From Prorocentrum cordatum (lineage: Eukaryota), in contig CAUYUJ010000002.1 in assembly GCA_963575745.1 (NCBI GenBank), positions 124,001 through 188,000 on the forward strand: a DNA stretch of 64,000 nucleotides, read 5' to 3'. The notes under the pieces were generated by a model. That model saw only the letters and a program-made list of their open reading frames with translations. It was not told the origin of the DNA and ran no database searches. Of this stretch, positions 1 to 12,600 are shown one piece after another. Every line of letters starts with the position of its first letter. Position 1 is the stretch's first letter. The translations under genes and the position numbers were made by a program.

Positions 1-545
1 GGCCGTCTTGGGTGCCTCTTGGGCCGTCTTGGGCGCCTCCTGGGCCGTCCTGGGGCCGTCCTGGGGCGTCTTGGGACCGTCTGGGGGCCCTCCTGGCCCG
101 TCTTGGGGCTCTCTTGGGGTCCTCTTCGGCCGTCTTGGAGCGGTCGGGGGGACTTCTTGGGCCGTCTTGGAGCGTCGGGAAGCCGAAGAGGCGAGGAGGC
201 CGAAAACATCGAAAAACACAATAGAAATCGACGATTTCTGTCGCTCGGGGCCCTCTTGGGAGGCCTCTTGGGAGGCCTCTTCGGGCGTCTTGGACGCCTC
301 TTGGGCCGCCTGGGGCGAATCTCGGGCGTCTTGGGCCCATCTTTAAGCGTGCCGGGGCTCTCCGGGGCCGTCTTGGGGGCTTCTGGGGGCCCTCCCGACA
401 TGTCCTGGAGCCTGCCTGGGCGGCCCGGGGCGGGGGCCAGCCCGGGGCGGTTTTGGTGCATTGGGGCCTGCGCCATTCTGGCACGCACTGGGCCCTGCAA
501 TGTAGTAGAGACTAGGGCAGACCTGTGGACTCCGTCCACGACATC
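1..545. mobile_element. Copy 1 (truncated by window edge) of a non-autonomous GGGCCGTCTTGG-rich interspersed element with a hairpin end
   Basis: Nearly identical to 962-1510. Both copies end at GTGGACTCCGTCCACGACATC and then diverge. Confidence 0.7.
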
Positions 546-961
546 AGCTCGACGTGGCGAGGGGTCTCTGGGCAAGCGCGGGGGGGTGCGGCTGCAGGGC
601 CGAAAGGCAATCATGATGCCTTCGATATGCCGGTCGCCTCTCGTCCGCTCCCCCCCTCCTGGAAGCAATTCTGAACCACTTAGGGCTTCGTGGGGGCCGT
701 TTGGAGATCTCTTGGGGCGTTTTTGCCTGCGATATGCCTGTCGCCTCTCGTCCGCTCCCCCGCTCCTGGAGGGAATTCTGAAGCCACTGAAGGCTTCGTG
801 GGGGCCGTTTCGGAGCCTCTTCGGCCTTCTTTTGGGCCTCCCGGGGGGGCTCTTAGGGCCCTCTCGGGCCGTCTTGGGTGCCTCTTGGGCCGTCTTGGGG
901 CCGTCTGAGGCCCGCCTCGGCGCCTCTTGGGCTGTCTTGGGCCGTCTTGGGCCGCTCCTGG

Positions 962-1510
962 GGCCGTCTTGGGTGCCTCTTGGGCCGTCTTGGGCGCCTC
1001 CTGGGCCGTCCTGGGGCCGTGCTGGTGCGTCTTGGGACCGTCTTGGGGCCCTCCTGGCCCGTCTTGGGGCTCTCTTGGGGTCCTCTTCGGCCGTCTTGGA
1101 GCGGTCGGGGGGACTTCTTGGGCCGTCTTGGAGCGTCGGGAAGCCGAAGAGGCGAGGAGGCCGAAAACATCGAAAAACACAACAGAAATCGACGATTTCT
1201 GTCGCTCGGGGCCCTCTTGGGAGGCCTCTTGGGAGGCCTCTTCGGGCGTCTTGGACGCCTCTTGGGCCGTCTGGGGCGAATCTCGGGCGTCTTGGGCCCA
1301 TCTTTAAGCGTGCCGGGGCTCTCCGGGGCCGTCTTGGGGGCTTCGGGGGGCCCTCTCGACATGTCCTGGAGCCTGCCTGGGCGGCCTGGGGCGGCCCGGG
1401 GCCAGCCCGGGGCGGTTTCGGTGCATTGGGGCCTGCGCCCTTCTGGCACGCACTGGGCCCTGCAATGTAGTAGAGACTAGGGCTGACCCGTGGACTCCGT
1501 CCACGACATC
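962..1510. mobile_element. Copy 2 of the same element
   Basis: Direct repeat of 1-545 (offset 961-965) with the same terminus. Confidence 0.7.
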
Positions 1511-2424
1511 TTTCTGGAATGGTTCTCGGAGGAACGGCGCAGATTGTATCGAAAATCTACAAACACGGCGGCGGCTCGGGCGGCGGCAGCGAGACCGCGC
1601 CTTCGTGTCCGAGCTCTTGCAGCGCTGCAGCAGCTTGGCCCAGCGCACTGCTCGTTCACCCCCCTCCTATTGAGGACAGTTTCGAAGTCTCTCGGGGATG
1701 TGCGTCGAAGTCGAAGCCCATCTGAGGCGTCTCAGGAGCGCTCGGGGAAGGGCTCGCCATCGGGGAAAGCCACCGAAAGCGCCGGGGAGGCTCGCAAGGA
1801 TCTACAGGGAGGGCCCAAGAGAGCTTCAAGAAAATTTGAAATACAGTGAACTCTTAAGAGAAACCGCTGTTGGGTCGGCCATCACCTCCGGGCGCGCCTT
1901 GATGGTGCGATCCAGTCGCATCACCGCCAACGGGAGGGTTTGTTCGCCATGTCCCATTCTGTTCGCCCAGAGGGTCAGTGGAGGCCTTCGGGCGAACAGA
2001 ACGGGACAGGGCAAGGAATGGGGAAGACATGTCCGAATCTCCTGGGCCCCCCAGATGCTCGTCCGAAGAATGCGGAGAGGTCCCAGGGTCATATCAATTG
2101 GCTGCTGTCCCAGGGGTCCGGTCTGCTTGGCCCGAAGAGTTTGCCAAGGCCCCTGGGGGAACAGAATGGCACAGCATATCGGGCAAAGGGGGGCGGTAGC
2201 TGGCCTGTCAGACCCGGCGTTCGTCTTCTGCCCAAGCGGCGCGGGGCCCACGGGCCCCAGGGTTGGCGTCCCGCTGGGATTCCTCTTGTTCGCCCACAGG
2301 GTTGGAGGAGGCCTCCAGGCGAACAGAATGGGGCAGGACAATGAATGTGGGAGACTTGTCGCAAGCTCCCAGCCCCCCCAAGTGTGCGCCCGAAGGGTGT
2401 GGGGCCGCGTTGGCTCCCTCAAAG

Positions 2425-3790
2425 GGCCGTCTTGGAGCCGTCTAGGCCCGTCTTGAGGGCGCCGTTTGCCCTGATGGGGCCGTCTTGGTTCGTCGTGGGC
2501 CCCTCATGGGCGCGTCCGTAGGCCGTCCTGGGCCCATCGGGGTCCTCGTGGGGCTGTCTTGGAGCCGTCTGGGACCGTGAGGAGGCCGCCTTGGAGTCGT
2601 CTTGGGCCCCTCCTGTGCGCCTCCTTGGGCCGTCCTGGGCCCAGCAGGGGCCGTGTTGGCACCCTCTTGGGGCTGTCTTGGAGCCGTCTTGAGCCGTCGC
2701 AGCGCGCCTTGGGTTGTGCTGGGTCCGTCTTGGCCCGTCTTGGGGCCTTCCTGGGCGGTTCCTCGGACCCTCCTGGGACTTTCTGGGGCCTCTTGGTGCA
2801 TCGGACCGCCGAAACGGCGGGAAACGCAAAGGGTGTAACAGTAAACAATGGAAAATTAACGATTTTTGCCAGCTGGGACTCTCTTGCCATCTTGGCCCGT
2901 CTTGAGGCCCCGAACGGGCGCGTCCTTGGGCCGTCCTGGGCGCACCCTCCTGGGACCGTCTTGGAATCGTCTTGGGCCGTCTTGAGCGCGCCTTGGGCCG
3001 TCCTGGGCCGGTCTGGGGCCGTGTTGGCACCCTCGCGGCGAGGAAGCTCGGAGGCGGGCTCGAGGCCTCTTCGGGGCCATTTTGGAAGCTGTTGGGGCCT
3101 CTGTAGGGGCCTCGTTTGGGCTCCTTGGGAGCCTCCTGGGGCCTCTTCGGGGGATTCTTGGCGGCCCCTTGGGGCCTCTTGGGGGCCTGTTTGGGCCTCC
3201 TGGCGCCCTCTTGGGGCGGAAGGCTCGGATTTTCGGTCCGTGGTCCCCCTCTTGGCCCCCTCTTGGGCCTGTCTTCGGGCCCTCGTGGGCCGTCTTGAGC
3301 GTCTCTTGGGTCGTCTTGGGGCCCTCTTGGGCTGTCTTGAGGCGCTCTTGGAAACCTCTTGGGCCGTTCTGGGGCGCTCTTGGAGGCCTCTTGGGCCGCC
3401 TTCGAGCGTCGGAACGCGGAAAAGGCGAGAAGGCCAAAATCCTTCCAAAACCGTCGTAAAGCGGACGATTTCGATGCCCAAAACCGTCCAAAACCTCCTG
3501 AGGCGGTCCCCCCTCGTCCGCCCCCCTCGCTTCGAAGCAGCTTTTAAGCCCCGTGGCACCTCTTGGGGATCTCTTTTGGGCTCCTTGGGGCCTCTTGGGC
3601 CTCCACTGGATTCGCTGCCCTCGGTCGGCAATCGTCGATCCTACGACGACTCTCCCCAACGGAGAAACATCGAAGGCCCTCGGAGCGTCCAACATTATTC
3701 TTTTGTGCCTTCGATATGCCGGTCGCCTCTCGTCCGCTCCCCCCCTCCCTCGCTCTCCTTCGTCCGCGCCTTCCGCGCTGGATTCTCATT
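2425..3790. repeat. Diverged GGGCCGTCTTGG/GGCCTCTTGG repeat family
   Basis: Same short motifs as 1-1420. The block GCCTTCGATATGCCGGTCGCCTCTCGTCCGCTCCCCCCCTCC occurs at ~618 and ~3707, with a variant at ~726. Confidence 0.7.
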
Positions 3791-3877
3791 CATTTTGAGC
3801 TATTTTTCCTAGAATTATCTTGAGTTGTTCGGGGTTTTCTTGAGTTTCGCTGGGTTTTTCGAATTACAGCAACTTAC

Positions 3878-3906
3878 AGAGACATCTAGAGACATCTAGA
3901 GACATT
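3878..3906 (+). repeat. Short AGAGACATCT 10-mer array
   Basis: agagacatct-agagacatct-agagacatt after an AT-rich stretch. Confidence 0.85.
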
Positions 3907-3959
3907 GTTGTTTTTTGCACTGGTAGAGGCAATTTGCATAGGCATAAGAATGCACAACC

Positions 3960-3980
3960 ACGGTCATCATCATCATCATC

Positions 3981-4036
<56 letters not shown>

Positions 4037-4429
4037 TATCATCATTGCATTGACCAGTGACGTAGCAACCCAGCTACTCAGGAAGTTCGCCAGCAACTCG
4101 CCTCAGCAACTCAGCTACTTAAGCAACTTAGCAACTGGGTAGTTAACTTGGCAACTTAGCAAATTAGCGACGATATCGGTGCAGTCCAACGAGTCACCAG
4201 CATATACCATCGTCACCATCATCAGCATCATGGCCACAACCGCCATCATGCGTATCATCCTCATCATCGCCATCCTCAACAACATCAGCATCGAAAACGC
4301 AGTCATGATCATCATCAGCATCGCCAGTATCGTCTCCATGGTCGTCGTCGTCATCATCAACGTCATCATCATCATCACCATCATCATCATTGACATCATC
4401 ATCATCATCATCATCATCATCACCATCAC

Positions 4430-4473
<44 letters not shown>

Positions 4474-5515
4474 CAGCCTCACCGCGATCTCGGTGCCCGC
4501 GGTTCCCACCCCACGGCCGCACCGCGTCACGTCGCCCGTTTCTGGGGGTACAATGGCGGAGAGCCTCCTCCTCCTCCGCCGCCATCTCCTCCCCCTCCTC
4601 CCCTTCCTCTCCCGCGCTGCCTTCTCTTCTTGCTCCTCCTCCGCCTCCTCTTGCTCCTCCTCCTCCTCCTCCTTCTCCCCCTCCTCCCTCCTCCTCCCCT
4701 TCCTCCTCCTTCCGTTCCTCCCCCTCCTCCTCGTCCCCTCCTCTTCCATCCTCCTCGCGTTCCTCGCCATCCTCCTCTTCTTCCTCCTCCTTCTCCTCCT
4801 CGCCCTCCTGCTCCTCCTCCTCCTCTTGCTCCCCCTCCTCCTCATCCTCCTCCTATCCTCCTTAGTCGTATCCTCCTCCTCGTTCTTTTCCGTCCCCTCC
4901 TCCTTGCACCTGTTTTCACCCCCCACGCCTTTCCCCCCCGTGGGCACGCAGAGACAATGGACGACGTGACGCGGTGAGACCGCGGGCGGGCGATGGGGCA
5001 CCTTCCCCGAGGCCCTTCGAGGCACCATGCCGAGCCACCTGCCCGAGATAAGAATGATGTTGATAATGGTGATGATGACGATGATGATGCTGATAATGCT
5101 GATGATGATGATGATGATGCGGATGCTGCTGATGATGGTGGTGATGGCGGTGATGGTGGTGATGGTGATGGTGATGATATGATGCTGATGATGATGAGTA
5201 TGCTGATACATGATGTTGGTAACTATGATGATGCTGATGATGATGATGATGATGATGATGAGGATGATGATGAGGATGATGGCGATGTGAATGAGGAAAC
5301 TGCACACCATGATCTGAAGACGGTGATGATGCTGGTGGTGATGTTCCGCATGATGATGTTGATGATGATGGTAACGGTGATGCTACTGATGTCGATGATG
5401 GTGGTGCTGGTGATGGTGCTGATGATGATGCTGATGATGACGATGATGATGGTGGTGGTGATGCTTCGTTGTGTGGTGCTGATGGCGATGCTGATGATGC
5501 TGATTATGATGCGAT
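3960..5515. repeat. Compound degenerate microsatellite (CAT)n-(CCT)n-(GAT)n with unique islands
   Basis: Read directly. Islands at ~4475-4565 and ~4920-5050. Confidence 0.9.
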
Positions 5516-5617
5516 GAGGGCCCAGTGAGGGCGGCGTAGGCCCTTCGGGCACCAAGGCCCCAAGATGCCCCCTAAGGCCCCAAGATGCCCCATGACGCCT
5601 CTGAGGCCCCAGGACGC

Positions 5618-8186
5618 CTAAGGCCCCAAAGGTGGCCTCAAGGCCCCGAGATGCCCCTGAGGCCCCAAGGTGATCCTAAGGCCCCATGGGCCCAGTGAGG
5701 CCCGTGCCCACGTTGAGCCCGTGGGAAACTCTAAGAGCTTAGAGGCTCCGAACCCAATGGGCCCAGAGAGGCCACAATATGCCCCTGAGGACCCACGGCT
5801 GCCAGCCGAGTCCTGCGCTGTTTTTTTTGTGGCTGCACACCCGCTCGATGATTGCAAGTGCTGCATGTACCACTTCGTGGCGCTATTTTCTGAAAACTTA
5901 ACCCTGTTAACACCGACGCTCCGCCTCCGCGTTGCAAAGTTCTCAGATTCATCCCTGTAATTGTGGGACCATGCAGGGTTGCCCGCCCAGCGAGCCTGCT
6001 CGACGATGTGTCGGGCGAACGCATGGAACTTCATGGTGCAACTGCGGCCTGCACCAGTCCAGGCACGAATTGTTTTCTGCACCACGTGGTCCATATGTAG
6101 AAGTGCTAGATCGTCCATCTTGCGAGGCTGGGTCTTCATTATCTGGTAATACTCCATCATGCCCTCCCCAACCTCCAGCAACTTCGTGCCCTCTGCCAAA
6201 TCGGCGTCGGCACTGTCCAACAACTCGCGGCCTCCAGCCGATCGAAGCAAATAAACAATGAACGGGAGTGCCGCCCTGCTCTTCCCAGCCTTCAGTTTGA
6301 GAAGTGGGCTCTCTCGCTGTCCACACATGCTGAAACTCAAACCAACAATCCGCTCACGATCTGGAATGCGATACCGCTTGCACCAAGACTTGTACACGTC
6401 ATGTAAGGCGCAGTCGGCACCGTCATGGTCCTGTTCTGTCATATCACCAAAGTATCCAAGATCAGCCAGGGACCACAGCACAGCGCCCATAAAATAATGA
6501 AGGATGCCGAGGTCGGCGAAGTGCATGCTATCGAATAAGAAGTGCTCGAGTTTCAACCCTGGCACTCCCAACTGAATACCATCGATCGCGAACAATCGGT
6601 TGATGAACAAAATGCCATTTCGAGGTCGGCGGTACATCAGACCAGCCCCCTGGGCATGGGTGGCGTAACACGGTATTTCCACAGACGGCTCGAAAGATGG
6701 TTCCAAGGATGGCTCCGAGATGGCTCCACCTATTGATCCAACGACGGCTCCAATACTAGCAAGGCTGACCAAGATAAGATGACTCCAGCGATGGCTCCGT
6801 TACTAGCAAGGCTAACCACCATGGTTCGAAAGATGCATCACGCGGGCCTACACCGAGCATCACAGATGGCCCAAGAGGGCCGACCAGGGCCTACAAGGGC
6901 ATCCAATATGATCAATGCCCCCCATACCGCCGTTCGAGGATTCACTGTGGCCTCCAAGGATGAGTAGCCGAGCCTCAAGAACGCCCCAAGCGGCCCGACT
7001 ACGCATGCAAAGTACCCTCAAGAGGGTTCCGCGATGGCACCACAGCTGTCCCAGAGCGAATTACTACAAAGGCTTCGCTATTGTCTATTGGCTTCTGTCG
7101 CCGTCGTCGTTTCCCCTTGCGTGCCAAGTCTAATTCATCGACGCTGCTCTCCTCCTCTTTCTCCTCCTCCTCTTCCTCCGTTTTCTCCTCCTCCCCCTCC
7201 TCCTCACCTTCCTTTTTGCTCCTCCTCCTCCTTCGGCCAACTGCTGCAGACTGTTGATGGGTGCGCGAAGCGTTATATATGACGAGTTCCCTTTTCTGGG
7301 GCGGGAAGTCCGCGCAACGCTGTCCGTGCCAAATGTCCGGATATCCCGGCATGGACGGCTCGAGACGATCACCACGCATGGCAAGAGGGAACACATCTCG
7401 AACCATCCGCTGCAGAACAACACCTCCTCTTTTTTTCCGCACCTTGCAATTTGTTCGCAATATCTCGGTACTGACGTCATCACAGTCATGGAATGATAAC
7501 GAAGTTATTGCAGTATCCACCAGCCACGAATGTTTCCTCTTGCGAAGTGGTGCGTTCAAGTTGTCGAAATCGTTATGATGCTGGAAGCACCTCAAACAGC
7601 CGTGACTGCTACGGTAATCAGGGAGGCCAAACGTTTTTTGCATCTCGTCTAGGTCCGCTGCAATTTCAACAAGGGCAAATTTGCAATGGCCAAACCCATA
7701 TGCTGAAGGAAACAGAGGCTTCCCCACCATTCGACTTCGCCAACTGTCCTCTGGCCATGGAACACCTGCGATGTCTGTATCGGGCCAGACCCCATCTGCA
7801 GAAACGCGAAAATCAAAAGCAAGCTTGTCAAGAATCGCCTGAGTCGTGTGACTCCCTCGGCATCCGCATCTGCACAGCATGCGGTGATGGTACTGCCCAA
7901 CAAGTATACGTTCATCCTGGTGGAGGGTCGAAACGAACATCCGCAACCCTGAACAGAAAGGGCCCCAGGCGTGAGACCTGCCCATGGCTTCTAGTACTAC
8001 TACAACTACAACTACGATTACGAGACCGACTACGACTAGCATTTCCAATAGTTATTGTACGGGTAGAGGTACCAATAACAACACAAATTATTCGAGCATA
8101 CATACGAGTATTCATACTAGCATGCGTATTGGTACTGATTTTACTGTCACTACCAGTACGATTGCTACGACTACTGCCACGACTGT

Positions 8187-8223
<37 letters not shown>

Positions 8224-8662
8224 GCTGCTACTGCTACTGCTACTCATACTACTACTCCTACTCCTATTCCTACTGCTGCTGCTGCTACCACTACCACTAC
8301 CACTGCTACTCCTACTACCACTACTACTACTACTACGACGACGACTACTACTACTGCTACTGCTACTGCTGCTACTACTAGTATTACTACTACTGCTACT
8401 ACTATCACGACGGCTGCTGCGGCGACGACGACGACGACTACTACCCGCTCCCCCCACGAATTCACGCCTGGTATTGATAGCAAAGGTAGCAGTAGTATCA
8501 GTAGTAGTAATAGTGGTACTCGTAGTCGTCTTCGTAGTCGTAGGAGTAGTAGCAGTATGTAGTCGTATCAGTAGTAGTAGTATTAGTAGTAGTAGTAGTC
8601 GTGTTAGTAATAGTAATGCCAGCAGCGGTATACTGAAAGGAATGGTAGTGGCAGGAGTAGTG

Positions 8663-8711
<49 letters not shown>

Positions 8712-8880
8712 GAGTAGTAGTAGGAGTAGGAGTAGTAGTAGTAGTAGTAGTTGTTGTTGTAGCCGTAGTAGTAGTACTAGTAGTACTAGTAGTAAGTAGT
8801 AGTAGTAGTAGTAGTAGTAGCAGTAGTAGTAGCAGTAGTAGTAGTAGTAATAGTAGTGGTAGTAGAGGTGGTAGTAGTAA

Positions 8881-8916
<36 letters not shown>

Positions 8917-9210
8917 CACTCGTCGTAGTCCTCCCCGCCGTGGTATTAGTACTCGTCGTAGTCGTAGTCGTAGCAGTACTAGTAGTAGTAGTAGTAGTAG
9001 TAGCAGCAGCAGTAGCAGTCGTAGCAGTAGTAGTAGTATCAGTAGTAGTAGTAGTAATAGTAGTAGTAGTAGTAGTAGTAGCAGTAATAGTATTAGTATT
9101 AAGAGTGCGATTAGCGGTAGAAGTAGTAGTTGTATCCGTAGCAGTATCAGCAAGTAGTTGCAGCCGCCGCCGTCGCAGCCGTACGACGGGTAGTAGTCGT
9201 AGTAGTACTG

Positions 9211-9259
<49 letters not shown>

Positions 9260-9261
9260 TG

Positions 9262-9304
<43 letters not shown>

Positions 9305-9526
9305 TAGTAGTAGTAGTAGTTGTAGAAGTAGTAGCCGCCGTCGTCGTCGTAGTAGTTGTAAGAGTGGTAGTAGCAGCAGTAGAAGTAGTCGTCGTTGTCG
9401 TCCTCGTCGCCGTCGTAGTCGTACTATTGGTCGTAGTAGTAGGAGTAGTCGTAGTCAGATTAGTAGTACTAGTAGTGGTAGTAGTAGTAGTAGTAGCAGT
9501 AGTAGTCGTAATAGTAGTAGTAGTAA

Positions 9527-9566
<40 letters not shown>

Positions 9567-9657
9567 CGTCGTAGAAAGCACGACCCTCACAGCTCTGTAA
9601 AATAGTACTGGCAGTAGTCGTATTATTATTAGTAGTAGTAGTAGTAGTAGCAGCAGC

Positions 9658-9698
<41 letters not shown>

Positions 9699-12600
9699 CC
9701 GTAGTACTTGCAACCGCAGCAGTAGCAGTTAGGTCGTTAGGTGGCTAGTTAAGTGTAGGCAGTTCTTAGTTAGTTAGTTAGCTGGTTCGCTGGTAAGTAG
9801 TAGTGGTAGTGCGCGCGCGCCTCCCGCCGCGCGCAAACCGCGAACACATGCGCCAGGCCAATGTTAACATGGAAATCCAAGCGGCCGTCGCTAAGGATTC
9901 ACTTTCGCTTCCAGGCCAGCATGGCTGCCTTTCTATTGCGCACGTTCAGACATTATCCGCGCTGCGCGCGCGCCCGCGCGCGCGCGCCGCCCGCCGCCAG
10001 CAGTCCCCCGCCCGCGCGCCATGGATGCAAACGTATGTTTGGGCGCATGTTAGCCTGGGAATTCAATCGGCCGCCGCTAAGGATTCACTTTCGTTTCCAG
10101 GCCAGCATGGCTGCTTTCCCACCGCGCGCACTCAGGAATTCTCCACGCGGCGCGTGCGCGAGCCGCCCGCCGACCGCCGCTTGCGCGCCCTGCATGGCCC
10201 ACGCTAACTTCGAAAATCCGATCGGTCGCCGCTAAGGGGTTCAACTTAGTTTCAATGCCAGCATGACTGCTTGCCCATTACGCAAACGCAGGGTTTCTCA
10301 ACGCGGTGCGCGCCAGCCAGCTCGCGCGCGCGCCGCCTGCCGACAGCCGCATGCGCGCCCTCAGGTCAACGCGCGCCAGGAACCGTGTTAACTTGGAGAT
10401 CCAATATGTCGCCGCTTAGTGCCCGCTTTGGTTTCCAGGCCAGCATGGTGCTTTACTATTGCGTGCGCTCAGAAATTCACCGCGCGGCGCGCGCGTTCCA
10501 CCAGGGAGCGCAAACATCAGGACACATGTCCACTTGGATATGCAGCCGCTAAGGGTCCACGCCCAGCTGCGAGGCCAGCGTGGCTGCTTTCCCGATTGCA
10601 CACGCGCAGGGATGCCCCGCGCGGCGTGCTATCAGGGGAATGCGTACGCCAGGGCACATTTACGTTGGAAATCCAATCTGTCACAATTAAGGACCCGCTA
10701 TAGTTTCCAGGCCAGCGTGGCTGCTTTCCCATTGCGCGCGCTCAGGCATTCCCCGCGCAGCGCGCGCGCGTCTCCCGCCGACCGCAGCCCGCGAACCATA
10801 CATTCTGCAAGTTTAACAGGGGCTCATCAACTGCCGTTGCCCCCCCAATACTATAGAGCCTGCAAGTTGATTGCGAGATTGTGCGACTTCCCTCCAGCCC
10901 TGTGGATTCCCAGTTTCATGTTATTCGCAGTAACTGTTGCCTTCTACGGTTGCGTCACCAGCGCGCGCCGTCGGCCACCCTAAGGGTTCACCACGCACCC
11001 CAGGCGACATCTCCCGCCGCCGCCAGCCAGCCGACCGCCGACGCGCCGACCGCAGACCACGCCGCTGCCGCCGACCACGGGCGGCGGCCCAGGCACGTCG
11101 CGCATCTGTGTGCATGCAAGGTGCGCGTGGGCCGCCGAGAGCGCGGATGCCCTGGCGCCCCGCGCGTTGTGTTTGTTTCAATTCGCCGCGCGCGCGGCTG
11201 CCGTGGGCGCGGGCAGCCGCGCGCGCGTCGGCTTTGGCCCCTCGCGCACGTGGTGCGCCCATGCCAGGTGCGCGGCGGCCGCCGCGCGCGCGGCTGCATT
11301 GGTCCCCCGCGCATTTTTTCCATGCAGGATGCGCTTGGGCCGCCGCGCTCGCGGCGGACTTGGCAGTTCTGTCGCCGCGCAGGATGCGCGTGGGCCGCCG
11401 CGCGCGCGGCGGCCTTGTCCTTCACGCATTCTGCGTCCCAGTGCAAGATGCGCGATGGCCGCCGCGCGCGCGGCTGCCCTTGCCCCCCAAGCACTGCGTT
11501 TCCCCGCGCGAGTGTGCGCGCGGGCCGCCGCGCGCGCTGCGGCACCGCGCGCGGGGGGGGGCCGTCGCGCGCGCGGCGGCCCTGGCACTTCGCGCAACAT
11601 GGCGCGCGGGCTGCGGTCGGCGGGCTGCTGGCGGCGCGCAGCGTGGCAACTGCCATGTCGGCTTGTAATGTAAAGGGGGCTCATGGCGGCTGCCGATTGG
11701 CGTTCCAAGTCAACATGTGCCCTGGCGAACGTTCTCCCCGATGGCGTGCGCGCGCGCCGCGCGGGTCTTTCCTGGGCGCGCGCGACAGGGGGGAGGCGAT
11801 GTCGACGTGACAATTACCGATCAGATTCCCACGTTTACATGTGCCCTGGCGCACGGTTTCTCTGGCGGGGCGCGGGCGGCGGGCGGCGCGCGCGCGCCAG
11901 ACGGGGAATCCTTGCGTGCGCAATCGGGAAGCACCCGAGCTGGCTTGGGCAGAAAAGTGAACCCTTCGCGGCGGCCGATGTGATTTCCGAGGTAACGTGC
12001 GCCCTTGTGAATGCGTTCTCTGATGGCGCGCGGGCTGCTGTCTGTGGTCGGCGGGCGGCGCGCGCCCGCGCCGCGCGGGTAATTCTCGAGCGCGCGCAGC
12101 AGGAACGGCGCAAGTTTGGCAGTTGTCCTTTAGCGGCTGACGCTTTGATTGCCAAGTCAACGCGTGTCTTGCTGCGCGTTTCCTGCGATGGCGCGCGGGC
12201 GGTTGTCGGCGGGCCGCGCGCGCGCCGCCGCGCGGGGCAGTATTCTTAAGCGCGCCAGGGGGGAGCCGCCATGTTGGCCTGGTTCCCCAAGTGGGCTTGT
12301 AGCTGCTACAGGTTGGGGTTCCAAGTTAACATGGGTCCTGATGCATGCCTTCGCTGATGGGCGCGGGCGGCTGTCGGCGAACGTCGGGCGGTGCGCGCGC
12401 GCGGGCGGGCGCGCGTCGCGCTGCAGGTTTTGGCTGCGTTCCATGGGGATGCCGCCGCGTTGGCTTGGCAACTAAATTCAGCAAGCCATTATTGGCATAC
12501 GCCTCGGTTGCCAAGGTAACCTGCGCCTACAGGCATGTGTTCTCTGATCGCGCGAGGAACGCTGGCCGCGCGCTGCGGTCGGCGGGCGGCGCGTGCCGCC

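Noticed and set aside
19..3812. 200-480 aa GC-rich ORFs on both strands
   Set aside because: They arise from stop-poor GGGCCGTCTTGG repeats that are open in many frames.
3918..3927. CACTGGTAGA as a CACTG-type left terminus
   Set aside because: No matching inverted end (TCTACCAGTG) was found by eye in the window.
7493..9713. Long poly-L/V/S/T ORFs, here and at 14.7-16.4, 23-27, 29-31 and 59-63 kb
   Set aside because: These are translations of trinucleotide microsatellites, with no codon structure or splice support.
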